From positions 620,001 to 684,000 of the forward strand of contig NW_020847607.1 of assembly GCF_003704095.1 (NCBI RefSeq): 64,000 nt of DNA, read 5' to 3'. Below, piece after piece: positions 12,804 to 24,301 of this stretch (positions are counted from its first letter, which is position 1; every line of letters begins with the position of its first letter). The notes beneath the pieces are model-generated. The model was not told where the DNA came from. It saw only the letters and a program-made list of their open reading frames with translations, and ran no database searches. Made by a program: the position numbers and the translations under genes. Source of the stretch: Pocillopora damicornis (lineage: Eukaryota).

Positions 12804-13640
12804 ATGTCAAACACTTTGTTTCTGGCACGCATTATTGTTGTTCTTATCGAAGGATCTCTAATCTTCATCGGGAATGCCTTCACAATTTTTGTTTTCTGGA
12901 ACCAGAAGCAGAGTTTAAAACGCGCGTGTTACCTCCTTCTCAACCTTGCACTTGCTGATTTTCTTGTAGGAGCAACAGAGATGATCGTCATAGTAACAGA
13001 GACTATTCCTCGGCGTAACTTATCCTTTACTGATGGAAGTTTGGCATCTGCCGTTGCAGCCCCTTTATCAAACATCTCAGTGTTTACTTTGGCAGTAATC
13101 TCGCTGGAGCGAGCTTGTGCGGTGTTGTGGCCTTTTCGTCACCGGACTGCAGGAAATCGAGCGTATATTTTCAGCATTAGTGCGATCTGGTTTTCTGGTT
13201 TTTGTATAACAACAGTGAATTTGTTAGCAGTACATAGGCTTATAGAAGAATTGAGTCCTTTTTACGTGTTGACATCTACAGTTTTCATCCCCTTATGTGT
13301 GGTGTTAGCGTCATACATTAAGATACGAACGAAGTTGAGAACCGGTCTTTCTGTGTGCGCAGATCAAGATATTCACAACAGAAAACTCACTGAACGGAAC
13401 ATCAAATTGTCAAAGATTCTGTTTATTGTGATAGGGTTATCGTTTTTGTTTTGGATGCCAGCAGCTACGATTTATTTCATAATACCTTTCTGTAACGAAT
13501 GCATTCCACAAAAGGATCTTGTAATGTTGATTGTAACAGTCTTGCACATGGCAAATTCTCTCGTTAATCCAATTGTGTATAGTTTTAGAATAACTATGTT
13601 TAAGTTGGCACTGAAGAAATTGTTTAAAAAAGGAGACTGA
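12804..13640 (+). CDS. Class A (rhodopsin-like) orphan GPCR 1, single coding exon
   Basis: GN(TM1), NLALAD(TM2), SLERA(TM3), FWMP(TM6), NPIVY(TM7); first ATG 12804. Confidence 0.9.
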   Translation: MSNTLFLARIIVVLIEGSLIFIGNAFTIFVFWNQKQSLKRACYLLLNLALADFLVGATEMIVIVTETIPRRNLSFTDGSLASAVAAPLSNISVFTLAVISLERACAVLWPFRHRTAGNRAYIFSISAIWFSGFCITTVNLLAVHRLIEELSPFYVLTSTVFIPLCVVLASYIKIRTKLRTGLSVCADQDIHNRKLTERNIKLSKILFIVIGLSFLFWMPAATIYFIIPFCNECIPQKDLVMLIVTVLHMANSLVNPIVYSFRITMFKLALKKLFKKGD

Positions 13641-13956
13641 CTTTGATAGTATGTCTTTGAGCCATTCAGGAACCTTGCCAGAAAATTCCTTTGGATCTGG
13701 GATCGCGCTGGAAAACTACAATTTCCATGAATATGTCGGGAAATTTTCGAAATGAATACAGAAGTTAGGATTGAAAATGAGCACTAAGANNNNNNNNNNN
13801 NNNNNNNNNNNNNNNNNNNNNNNNNNNNNNNNNNNNNNNNNNNNNNNNNNNNNNNNNNNNNNNNNNNNNNNNNNNNNNNNNNNNNNNNNATTGTTAGCTC
13901 TTCCTAAAGATTATAAAAGCTATAATCCTCTGCTTTATTATAGAAGACTGAACAAG

Positions 13957-14922
13957 ATGAATATCAACGACATCTCAGCGTTGAAAAAGACATTTCCTGT
14001 AACCGTGACATTTTGTGTAATTTATCTTCTGGAAGGAGTGTTGATCCTTCTGGGTAATACTTTCACCGTCTTTGTTTTTTGGAAGCGTCGAGCAGAGCTA
14101 CAACGAACATCGTATCTTCTCGTAAATTTAGCTCTTGCCGATCTTTTGGTGGCAGTCGGCGTTTCACTAAGTTTGAGCAGTCAAGTCAAAATTTTTGTCA
14201 CCAATGAATTTTCAACACAAGAGGAGTTTTTAAGCCTTTTCACCTGGGATGTGTTTTGTGAAGGATCTTCGCTGCTTAGTTTACTGGTAATATCTTTGGA
14301 GCGCCTCTATGCAGTTCGATGGCCTTTCCGACACCGTACTTTGCGCACCAGCAGCTATATCTACAGCATCGCATTTGCATGGATAACGTCAATAATCATG
14401 TCTGCTACTTTCTTCGCTCTGCTCTACCAAGAAGGTTCCCTCGCTGTCTTTGCTATATCTCCACTCCTTTTTGTTTTTCTGGTGCTCCTCTGTGTTGCAA
14501 ATATTCTCATTTGCGTTCAGATGCGTAAAAATGTTCCTGAAGGAGTGAACCAAAAGCGAGCCTTGCAAAACAAGAAACTAAATAAGACTTTGTTGATTGT
14601 TACAATTCTTTCTCTCATTTTCTGGTTGCCTGGTGTTGTGATGGTGTCTGTTGTTAATGCGTTCGGCCCTGAATGTGCAATCAAAACATATGATGTATAT
14701 CGCGGCCTAAAGATTTTGAATTTGGCAAATTCTATTGTAAATCCCTTAGTTTATGCATTTCGAATGCCATTATTCAAGTCTGAAATCAAGGAATGCTTTT
14801 CTAAAATTTGTCGCGCAAATAGAAATCGGATTGAGATTCGTAACCGCGATACAGCAACACAAGTGTGCGATGAAAATGTTCAAGGAGATGGATATTCAGA
14901 ATGTCACGAAACCAAATTGTAA
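13957..14922 (+). CDS. Class A orphan GPCR 2
   Basis: GN, NLALAD, SLERLY, FWLP, NPLVY; ends ETKL. Confidence 0.92.
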   Translation: MNINDISALKKTFPVTVTFCVIYLLEGVLILLGNTFTVFVFWKRRAELQRTSYLLVNLALADLLVAVGVSLSLSSQVKIFVTNEFSTQEEFLSLFTWDVFCEGSSLLSLLVISLERLYAVRWPFRHRTLRTSSYIYSIAFAWITSIIMSATFFALLYQEGSLAVFAISPLLFVFLVLLCVANILICVQMRKNVPEGVNQKRALQNKKLNKTLLIVTILSLIFWLPGVVMVSVVNAFGPECAIKTYDVYRGLKILNLANSIVNPLVYAFRMPLFKSEIKECFSKICRANRNRIEIRNRDTATQVCDENVQGDGYSECHETKL

Positions 14923-15735
14923 TTTTTTCCCATATGATTTTTCCTCTCGACTGAGAAGTAAACTGTATTCTGCTGAGTAGCCTTTATTGTGCCAATGATC
15001 GGCAGCCTTCCAGAGTTTTATTGTAAGTTAGAGAAATATTAAAAGTGTTGAATCAATGATATACTCCACCAGGACCTCTGTTAGTCGCATAGTCAAGTGA
15101 AATGGCGTAGTTTTTAACAGACTGAGGCTCCAGCGAACATTCGCTTTCTGAAAAAAAGGGTGTAACGGCGCTTATGCATCGATCTCGCCACTTTATTTGC
15201 ACTACAAAGAACACCAAAAAGAATATAGCGCAGCTGTTAATGATTGAAGGACGTTCTAATGGTAAGAAATCTAGATTCACATTTTTATGATCAAACATTA
15301 CATTTTGTCTGCTGTTGACAAAATAAACGACAATATAAAAGATTGTCATGTACATTAGTGCTATGAACATGCAAAGGATATTTAACTCTTCAACTTTTAG
15401 TCAACGATTATGAAAAATTAGTTTTCCAAAAAAGGGTCTCACAAGTCAGTTGTTTAGGAACATCTCGAAATTCGATTTTCTACAAGCTTAGGATCTGATA
15501 TTAAATTCTGATGTTGAAAATAAACTCGCCTCTATTAAATTGCAGCTGTCATCAAAACGAAGCAGGTTTAATGACATGAAAATTGTGATGAGGGCCTGAT
15601 AATAAATTATTTAAATTGCAAATGTCTTATGCTCGGGCATCAACAGCGTGAGTACCGCTTTAACAGTACAATGCCATCGATTTCCACACCCTTTGTAAGA
15701 GAACAAAACTCAGCTATTCGGATTCATCTCTGAGG

Positions 15736-16810
15736 ATGAAGACTTCTTTGCCACCTGCGTTTAGCGTAGTATTTTTTTTGGAAGGAGTGTCAATCCTTTT
15801 AGGAAATATTTTTACTATCTTCGTTTTCTGGAAACATCGAGCGGAGTTGAAAAGAACTTCGTATCTTCTTGCGAATTTAGCTGTTGCTGATCTGTTAGTG
15901 GCAATCAGCATTTTGATCGTTTTGGGCCGCGAAGTGCAAAACCTGGCTGAAGGCCATAATAATTTGATAAAACGATGGCAATTTATCTTTTTTATGATTT
16001 GGGACACGCTATGTGAAACAGCCTCGCTGCTAAATTTACTAGTGATATCACTGGAGCGTCTTTNNNNNNNNNNNNNNNNNNNNNNNNNNNNNNNNNNNNN
16101 NNNNNNNNNNNNNNNNNNNNNNNNNNNNNNNNNNNNNNNNNNNNNNNNNNNNNNNNNNNNNNNNNNNNNNNNNNNNNNNNNNNNNNNNNNNNNNNNNNNN
16201 NNNNNNNNNNNNNNNNNNNNNNNNNNNNNNNNNNNNNNNNNNNNNNNNNNNNNNNNNNNNNNNNNNNNNNNNNNNNNNNNNNNNNNNNNNNNNNNNNNNN
16301 NNNNNNNNNNNNNNNNNNNNNNNNNNNNNNNNNNNNNNNNNNNNNNNNNNNNNNNNNNNNNNNNNNNNNNNNNNNNNNNNNNNNNNNNNNNNNNNNNNNN
16401 NNNNNNNNNNNNNNNNNNNNNNNNNNNNNNNNNNNNNNNNNNNNNNNNNNNNNNNNNNNNNNNNNNNNNNNNNNNNNNNNNNNNNNNNNNNNNNNNNNNN
16501 NNNNNNNNNNNNNNNNNNNNNNNNNNNNNNNNNNNNNNNNNNNNNNNNNNNNNNNNNNNNNNNNNNNNNNNNNNNNNNNNNNNNNNNNNNNNNTCTTCTT
16601 TTCAAGGTCATGCAATACGGGAACTCCCTCGTTAATCCTATAGTCTACAGCTTTCGAATGCCATTGTTCAAGTCAGAGATCAAGGAGTGCTTTATTAAAA
16701 TTTTTGGGGCAAGGAAAACTATCATCAGTGTAAATCAACAGATAGCTACGCGTCCTGAGCCAAGCAGAAAAAAAATTATTGATTTAGGATTTTACGATAC
16801 GAAACTATAA
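15736..16810 (+). CDS. Class A orphan GPCR 3 (TM4-TM6 hidden in gap 16064-16593)
   Basis: TM1-TM3 (GN, NLAVAD, SLERL) before the gap; KVMQYGNSLVNPIVY...YDTKL* after it. Confidence 0.85.
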
Positions 16811-17084
16811 TGACTTTATACANNNNNNNNNNNNNNNNNNNNNNNNNNNNNNNNNNNNNNNNNNNNNNNNNNNNNNNNNNNNNNNNNNNNNNNNNNNNNN
16901 NNNNNNNNNNNNNNNNNNNNNNTTTTTTTGCGCTTTATACTCTTGCCGGTTTTAAATCATACTTAATTGGTAACGTTAGACAGCGGTTTTTTTCTTCAGC
17001 AGAGCCTTTCCAATATTTCCGCGATGTTCCTTCTTTCTTCAGATCTAAAATAGATGAGTTCTTGGCAATACTACACGGAGCAAA

Positions 17085-17300
17085 GTACATCGCGGTTTCC
17101 ATTGCATAAAGCGAACGGGAGTTTACTACTCCTCCTCGAGGGATACCAATCTATCAAATGTCACCCCCTCCCCAGATTGTTCTTCTTGTACTTAATTATA
17201 TTTGTGGCTGTATAGATGCACTGTAGAACTTAAGTGTCCTCCTGTCCACGAATAAAACGCACTGAACCTTCAGGACTGAAACCTATTATTTTTCACCTGA
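17085..17300 (-). mobile_element. Degenerate tRNA-derived SINE copy
   Basis: Weak similarity to 32450-32745 (gcataaagcga...ctactcctcct...aagtgtcctcc). Confidence 0.4.
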
Positions 17301-17735
17301 TGTGCAGCCTGGGAATCATTTGGCCACTGAGTCTGTACGATCCCACAATAAATGTGACACAAAAGTCGCGAGTCGCCGAGCCCCACAAAATCAAAAGAAA
17401 ACCGACAAGCAACAAACCTGTGGGTCCAAAAGACAGCTTAAAATCAGTGGTGGGAGCTCCGTCGTGATTTGATATCTTACGAGTTTTATCCTGAATTTCC
17501 TAGCTAATAATTTACAATTCGTGTTAATTTTCTCCATCCAAAAGTTAGCTCCATTGAGTCATATTCCCCTTAGTGCTATCGAGTGGGTGAGGAGAAATAT
17601 GTGAAATTGTCACTTGTAGTTTGAAAGACCACACCTCATCACAAATTAAATCTGCCACGGCAGTATTAGTTATGAATAACTGATAGGCGAATCCGTTCGC
17701 CATCAAATCTAAGTACTTCTCCTAGAACTGAAAAG

Positions 17736-18701
17736 TTATAGCTTAGTATTATAGTTATGTGAATTAGTGATGTCCACATTTGTTCGTTGTGCGGAAACTC
17801 TGACTCTATCTTGATAAGGATTTTTGTTGCCATCAAATTCCTTCGAAGGGAAAAACTTAGAGCAGCATTTTTTAAGCTCTAATTTGAACATGGGTAACCG
17901 AAAGGCATAAAGTATAGGATTTACCATAGAATTCGAGTATTGTAAAGTTTTTACAATTAGTAAAGTGTAGTATGAGTGGTTACTGGCTACATCTTCAATT
18001 AAAGACCATCCAAATACAGCGGTACAATATATTATTAGAGGTAGCCAACAGAAAACAGAAACAACAGTTACAATTAACAACGTGTTAGTTAGTTTCTTGT
18101 TTTGCTGCGCTCGAATTCCGGGAATATTCTGACGCGTTTGTTGGCGAATGAGTACGTACGAGGCACAGGTGATCGCTAAGGAAAAAGATGTCACTAATGC
18201 CACAATTATGGAAGAGGCTTTGGAAAGACCAATCGCTTCATTGTGGAAAAAAACTGAGAGAAAATCAAAAATGAACATTATTCCTGCCAGTATCCACACA
18301 AATGCAACGCTGTAGATATAACTTCTGATGCTCATCGTGCGGTGACGGAAAGGCCATCGAATTGCATAAAGACGTTCTAATGTCATTGCTAGTAAACTGA
18401 TTAGTGCAACGAATGCAGAGAAAGAATCAAACCCATTGGTAATGATGAACTTCCGAAACCTGGATTGCTGGTGTGAAGCCAGATGTTGTATTCCGTTAGC
18501 AGCAACATGCAAAACGCTGATTCCCACTAAAAGATCAGCGAAGGCTAAGTTCAACAGGAGATACGAAGTTCGTTTTAACTCGCCCCGATGTTTCCAAAAC
18601 ACAAAGATGGTTGAAATGTTACCCAGAAGGATAAAAAACGCCACTAGGAAGTAAATCACACTAAAGGTGCATGTCACTATAGTGGCAGAGGAAATTTCCA
18701 T
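17736..18701 (-). CDS. Class A orphan GPCR 4
   Basis: GN, NLAFAD, TLERLY, CWLP, NPILY; ends NTKL; first ATG 18701. Confidence 0.92.
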   Translation of the reverse strand: MEISSATIVTCTFSVIYFLVAFFILLGNISTIFVFWKHRGELKRTSYLLLNLAFADLLVGISVLHVAANGIQHLASHQQSRFRKFIITNGFDSFSAFVALISLLAMTLERLYAIRWPFRHRTMSIRSYIYSVAFVWILAGIMFIFDFLSVFFHNEAIGLSKASSIIVALVTSFSLAITCASYVLIRQQTRQNIPGIRAQQNKKLTNTLLIVTVVSVFCWLPLIIYCTAVFGWSLIEDVASNHSYYTLLIVKTLQYSNSMVNPILYAFRLPMFKLELKKCCSKFFPSKEFDGNKNPYQDRVRVSAQRTNVDITNSHNYNTKL

Positions 18702-19567
18702 TAGTAAAAATCTTTCCTGGTTCTCTTCCGTCAAACGAATGATCCAATAAATTCTGTGCTGTGCATTTTTTCAAGCTTGGCTTGATTTTGACAAAAACAG
18801 CAATCGCTCCTTACAGTCATGGACAGTATTTATAAAGTTGGAGTTATCAATCTTCCAAACAAGTCGAGCGGGCCAGATTTGCAGGTTCTTAAATAAATAG
18901 GTTCTTCTTTACGAAAATGAAACCTACCCGAAAATGATTCCAAATACTCACAGGTGATTTAATCACATTTAATAAATGTGATTACATTCAAATCAACCTG
19001 GTCGAAAAATTAAAATTGCAATGTTTTGAAACCGAATTAGGTAAACCGAGGAACAAATAACGCGTTAGGCCTTTCTTTGTTTTAACACAAACAGCTTCCA
19101 AAAAGGTATTTACGAAATGTTGCCCCATTGTAAATTGTAAATTTAAAAACTAAAAACCATGCAATTACACGCCACGGGAAAAAACAGTTGGTGCAAAAAC
19201 AAGCATTGCTACATTTATCACGAACTTTATTACAAAAGAAATCTCATGAGAGAAATCAATTGATAAACATGCTTTCATTCATCAAGTCAAAAGAAATCTT
19301 TATTTTTCTTGCTATTTCGCCTGAACAAACATGTCTAAAATGAATTTAATTTATAAAAATTTGCATGCAAGAGACAATTTTTCTGCAATAGAAGAAGGGT
19401 AAAAGGTATCCAATCAGCTTTCATCCTCTCATACTTCAATCCTATTGTGGAAATAACAGGAAATAATAATATTCCTCGCATATCATTTAATTCTCCTTAT
19501 CAGCGGATGTCAGTTCCAAAACTAATGCTCGGTTTTTGCAAAACATTTTACAGGGTATATTCCCTGT

Positions 19568-20518
19568 TTACAGTCTTGTCTCAAACTTCTGTAAAGTTAC
19601 TTCTTTTTTTTTCCTATGAGCTGTTGCATCTAACTCTTTTGCACGACTTGTATCATGACTTCGTTTCTTCTTGGGCGAGATTTTAGAAAATATTTCCACG
19701 ATTTTCCTCTTAATCAGTGGCATTCGAAATGCGTAGACGATCGGGTCTACAACAGAATTTAAATATTGAAACATTTTCGCAAGTAGGATAGCTCTAAGTC
19801 CACTAATGTGGGTTGTCATCACATCGTCAGTGAAATAAGTGCAAATCGATAGGACAATTCCCGGCAGCCAACATATGATTGATAGTCCTGTTACAATACA
19901 CAAAGTCTTCGTCAATTTTTTGTTCTGCTGGTCTCGTCTGTCGTTGAAACCTTCGGGATTATTCCGACGTGTTTGCCTACAGATGAACATGTATGCCGCA
20001 ATGATGATAACCAACGCAGAAACAGCTATTAGGACTAATGTTAAGGGACAAGCAACCCCTAGCTGGAAATAGTTATAGATTGTCTCGTGGTATAAAAAAA
20101 CACAACCTGCCGCAGTTAGCCATATAAATAAAATAGTGACGATATAACTTCTAGTGTTTAATATACGGTGACGGAAAGGCCAGCGAACTGCATAGAGACG
20201 CTCCAAGGCTACTACTAGTAAACTAAGCAGCGAGGCCATCCCGAAAAAGGCGTCCAAAGTAAAGATCATGATAAACAACCAATCTTCCTGAATTACTCTC
20301 TTTGTGGTGAGATATTTTATTCCGCTGCCGACGAGAAATGAAATGTCGACTGTAACTAAGAGATCAGCGACAGCCAAATTTACCAGGAGATATGAAGTTC
20401 TTTTCAGTTCAGCGCGATGTTTCCAGAAAGCAAAGATGGAAAAAATGTTTCCCGCGAGGATGAACACTCCTTCGAGGAAAAAGATTACGGAAAAGATCAC
20501 TATAGTAGAAATTTCCAT
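19568..20518 (-). CDS. Class A orphan GPCR 5
   Basis: GN, NLAVAD, ALERLY, CWLP, DPIVY; ends ETRL; first ATG 20518. Confidence 0.92.
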   Translation of the reverse strand: MEISTIVIFSVIFFLEGVFILAGNIFSIFAFWKHRAELKRTSYLLVNLAVADLLVTVDISFLVGSGIKYLTTKRVIQEDWLFIMIFTLDAFFGMASLLSLLVVALERLYAVRWPFRHRILNTRSYIVTILFIWLTAAGCVFLYHETIYNYFQLGVACPLTLVLIAVSALVIIIAAYMFICRQTRRNNPEGFNDRRDQQNKKLTKTLCIVTGLSIICWLPGIVLSICTYFTDDVMTTHISGLRAILLAKMFQYLNSVVDPIVYAFRMPLIKRKIVEIFSKISPKKKRSHDTSRAKELDATAHRKKKEVTLQKFETRL

Positions 20519-21415
20519 ATCATAGGCAGAGAGAAGGGCAGTCACCTTCGTAGTCGTTGTTTGGTCTCGTCATGCAACGTTTTCTCCCTTACTGCAAGTG
20601 GATCTTACGGCGAGTATTGTTCCAATGCATTAGTATTTCTAACGAAAAAAAATAACAATCAAAAAGAGGAATAGAAACCTTTGTTAAGGAGTGCATGAAT
20701 TTCTACCAGGTGATAATAAACGTCCAATTGAGTCTCCTATTATTGTTAATTTTCCCTTTCCTCCACCTTTCCTCAGACTAACAAAGAACATGCATACAAT
20801 GGAGCTAAAATAACAATTTCATGAGTTTTAGTTATGTTTAAACAACCTAGGGCTGTTTTTGAGCATTTCAAATGATCTTTTGATCAAAGTTTAGAATAGT
20901 GATCAAAATGAATCATATTCATATTCTCTTACACCACAGGAAATCTCTTCATTGTTAATGAGTTTTTTAATTTCCAAGTTCTATATTGATATATAACGGG
21001 TGAATTTGTATTGACTTGTGCAATTGCTTTTCATGACAAAAAGAGGCACTGAACACCTGCTATTTGCCTCTCGTTTGAGTAATAATCGCAAGGCTCTCTA
21101 ATTAGAACCTTCATAGTGTCGCGATGACAATTTTTCTCGCCTAAACGTGTGATGACCACAAATTCCCTGTTCTAACCTATAAAAATCATGACCTATGGTG
21201 GAGAATACCCATTCAGATAACACGCTTAGGGGACCCCACCCTTCCCCCTATAGGGTGTACATTAACTTTGTAGAACGCAGTGTAAATGAGGTCATGACAA
21301 ATGTGCTGATCATTTGGCGTATACGTTTTATTGATGATTTCCGATTTCAAGAACAACTTTAGAATCAATGTAAATATGTTCTTACGGCAGATACAGGAAA
21401 CGAATGAAGTTGTAT

Positions 21416-22276
21416 TTATCCATTTCCTCTGTGTTCTTGCACTCTAAATAGTCTCCTCAAAGATTCCCTAAATATGGGCATTCTGAAACTATATGTAACT
21501 GGATTCACTGCTGAGTTGGCGAGATGTAGAACCCTCCCTGTCAGCATCACTGGTGCCGAGATACAAACAGGACAAAAATCACCCAGTGTGTACAAAATTA
21601 GACCTGGCAGCCAACAGACAAGCGACAATCCTATGACGAGTAACAACGTTTGGGAAAGTTTCTTGTTTCTTTCCAAATAACTCCTGTTTTGATTTCAAGA
21701 GTACGGATGCGTGCGTTTCAAGTACTTGCATATAGTCAGGTAGCCTGTACAAACAAGACTTACAGAGAGCAGATAAACTACATTTACAGCCACGGTTGAC
21801 GGCATTTTATCGGACGCAGAGAAAACTGGTATCAAAAAGATCAATGATGTGCCCATCCCAGCGGTCCAGGCGAAGGTAATGGCGCCAAAATAAACTCTTA
21901 GGCTCACTGTTCGGTGGCGAATTGGCCTCAGAACGGAGAAAGCTCGTTCGATTGATATAAGAGCGAGGCAACAACTAGATGAAGAAGAGAAAAAAATTGT
22001 CAAAGACGTCGTGATGAAGTTTACCAGGGGAATCAGGGTATCTTTGAGAAAAGACACGCCGAAAAGGTTTGGAACCTGTCCAGAAGCGAGTGATATTAAT
22101 TCCCATACGCCTACCAGAAGATCAGAAACTGCGAGGTTGATTAACAGATACGAGGTTTGTCGCAAAGTAAGCCTCTTCTGCCAAAAAACAAAAATAGCAA
22201 ATGCATTTCCAATGGAAATGACAAGGGCCTCGACTGAGAGTAGAAAACAAAATAGCATGAAGAGTGTTTGAGGCAT
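21416..22276 (-). pseudogene. Class A orphan GPCR 6 with a single in-frame TGA (21697-21695) in ICL3
   Basis: ORFs 22276-21695 (TM1-5) and 21676-21416 (TM6-7) share one frame: ...THPYS*NQNRSYLERNKKLSQ...CWLP...NPVTY. Confidence 0.8.
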
Positions 22277-23395
22277 TTGTGCTCTGACTGTGGTCGGAAT
22301 TCGCCGAACTTATGACCGGGTACTACCTTTAAAAAGCTAAATTAACTTATATGAGTGCGACATTGCTATACCTTGATTAAAAATTTAAAATAAATGAATT
22401 GTGCAAATAATTGTTTGTTCTTGCAGAGAGGCTACTACTGTTGTCGACCTGTTTTAATAAAACTGGATGCAAATTTATCTTAGACTGAGATAAAATAAGC
22501 AAGGCGGAATTTTGATTGGTCAAGACTTGAACGTCATTTTGTATAGTTATGGTTGGGTTTTTTAATTTTTTCAATTAAATATGGCATGCATGAAAAAATA
22601 ATAACAAGACAATTTCATAACAAGATTAAGATCTTTGTACAAGCTCACCCTTTATTTTCCTTTCACGTCCTCTGTTAAGATATATAGCAAAATTCTCTCT
22701 TTATACATTCTCATGACTAGTTAAATTGATTTAAAATGCCTGCAGAACATTGCAACTTGCCTAATTTTGGCACTTGTTGCTCATTCTAAGGATCAGCAGG
22801 AAAGCTTTATGTTTTTTAGAGAGGCTTGTAGATGCCTCCTATAACTTTCATCATAGGTCCTTTTGGGCTCCTACATGTTTTTGTCGTCGTTGCTTTTCAA
22901 CATAACTTTGTAATAAATATAGTATAGGCTTATTCCGCCATATGTAACCTTTTTTTCTGTTTTTTTTTTGAACCGTTATGTTTTTGTTTTTTTCTTTGAA
23001 TTGCAAGCAATTACTCAGTAACGTCTGCCTTATTTCTCAAGTTCTTCTATTAGTTACTTTTTGCTGACTGTGCGAGCAAGTTTAAGTTAATCATGACATC
23101 TTAAAGATCTTTACGTTATATATTAGACAAAGTTGCATTTCAAAAAAATTACAATTAAGCAGGGGGTTTTCAATATACACATGATAATCTAAACTATTAC
23201 TTCTCTGCGTACTATCCACGTTCTCTCAGTTCTAACCTGATGAAGTTTCTATGTATGTACACTTCTGCTTACTACTTTCTAAAACCTTGCTTTGGAATCA
23301 TACATGATCTTTCATTTGCAGATCCTCCCGCTCGTAGAAAACAGAGAGCATCAGTCGAACGTCTTTTTTATACAAATTCATCTCAGACCTGCTTG

Positions 23396-24301
23396 CTAAA
23401 GATGGCTATTAAAACATTCCAACTGACCAGACTGAACTGTATTCTCGCTCGAGATACATCTAAAGCATCTAATTTTGTTCAGGAATTTTTTCATCTCTTC
23501 TCTAAACATAGGCATACGATAACTGTAGACAACTGGGTTAACTATAGAATTCGACAGATGTAATACCCTTGTACTGGAGACAATTTGTAGTCTAACCATT
23601 GCTTCAGAACAAGGGTTGCAGTTTACTTGAACGCCGGTAACCACGATGGCGGGGACCCAAAGTAGGAGAGACAAAGTTGTAACTATGATCAATGTACGGG
23701 ATAGTTTCATGTTTTGTTCCTCTGTGTGACGATTGTGAGCATCGAGTGACAGCACAGTTTTGTTCATTCGGGTGCGAATCGCCCTGTACGATGCAACAAA
23801 AATGGCTAACGAACAAAGCAGTGCTAATTCGGTGGGGATGTTAGCTTCTTTATCAATTACATCTAATGAGACCAGTGTGTAGAGTACTCCAATAGTTATT
23901 CCAGCAATCCAAGCTAAAGCAATGTTCACGATGTAAAATTTTGTACTTATGGTTCGATGACGATATGGCCAGAGTACTGCATAAACACGCTCTAAAGATA
24001 TTCCCACCAAGCAGAATAACGACGAACACGAAAATGAAATCTGAAATGCGGAGAATGGCTCGTCGTAAATGATCGCCTTCACAGTCATTTCCCGAAATGA
24101 GAGGAAAATTATTTCTAACAATGCTGCAGCGCCTATGAGAAAATCCGTCACAGCCAGATTTATCAAAAGAAAAGCAGTTCTTTTTAAGCAGAGTTTTCGT
24201 TGAACAAATACATAAATGGTAAAAGCGTTACTAGCTAATATCACTAATGCCTGGATGATATTGATGACGGAAAAAAATAAGGCAGTTGTCGAGGCTGACA
24301 T
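23396..24301 (-). CDS. Class A orphan GPCR 7
   Basis: SN(TM1), NLAVTD, SLERVY, LWVP, NPVVY; ends NSHL; first ATG 24301. Confidence 0.9.
   Translation of the reverse strand: MSASTTALFFSVINIIQALVILASNAFTIYVFVQRKLCLKRTAFLLINLAVTDFLIGAAALLEIIFLSFREMTVKAIIYDEPFSAFQISFSCSSLFCLVGISLERVYAVLWPYRHRTISTKFYIVNIALAWIAGITIGVLYTLVSLDVIDKEANIPTELALLCSLAIFVASYRAIRTRMNKTVLSLDAHNRHTEEQNMKLSRTLIIVTTLSLLLWVPAIVVTGVQVNCNPCSEAMVRLQIVSSTRVLHLSNSIVNPVVYSYRMPMFREEMKKFLNKIRCFRCISSENTVQSGQLECFNSHL

Noticed and set aside
13957-20518. Opsin assignment for TM7-Lys GPCRs
   Set aside because: Lys is at 7.39, not the retinal-binding 7.43, and other opsin hallmarks such as the C3.25 disulfide are absent
21320-21697. Selenocysteine recoding of the GPCR6 UGA
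   Set aside because: AATAAA lies ~85 nt after the true stop with no AUGA..AA..GA SECIS stem in between; the position is a cytosolic loop, not a conserved Cys
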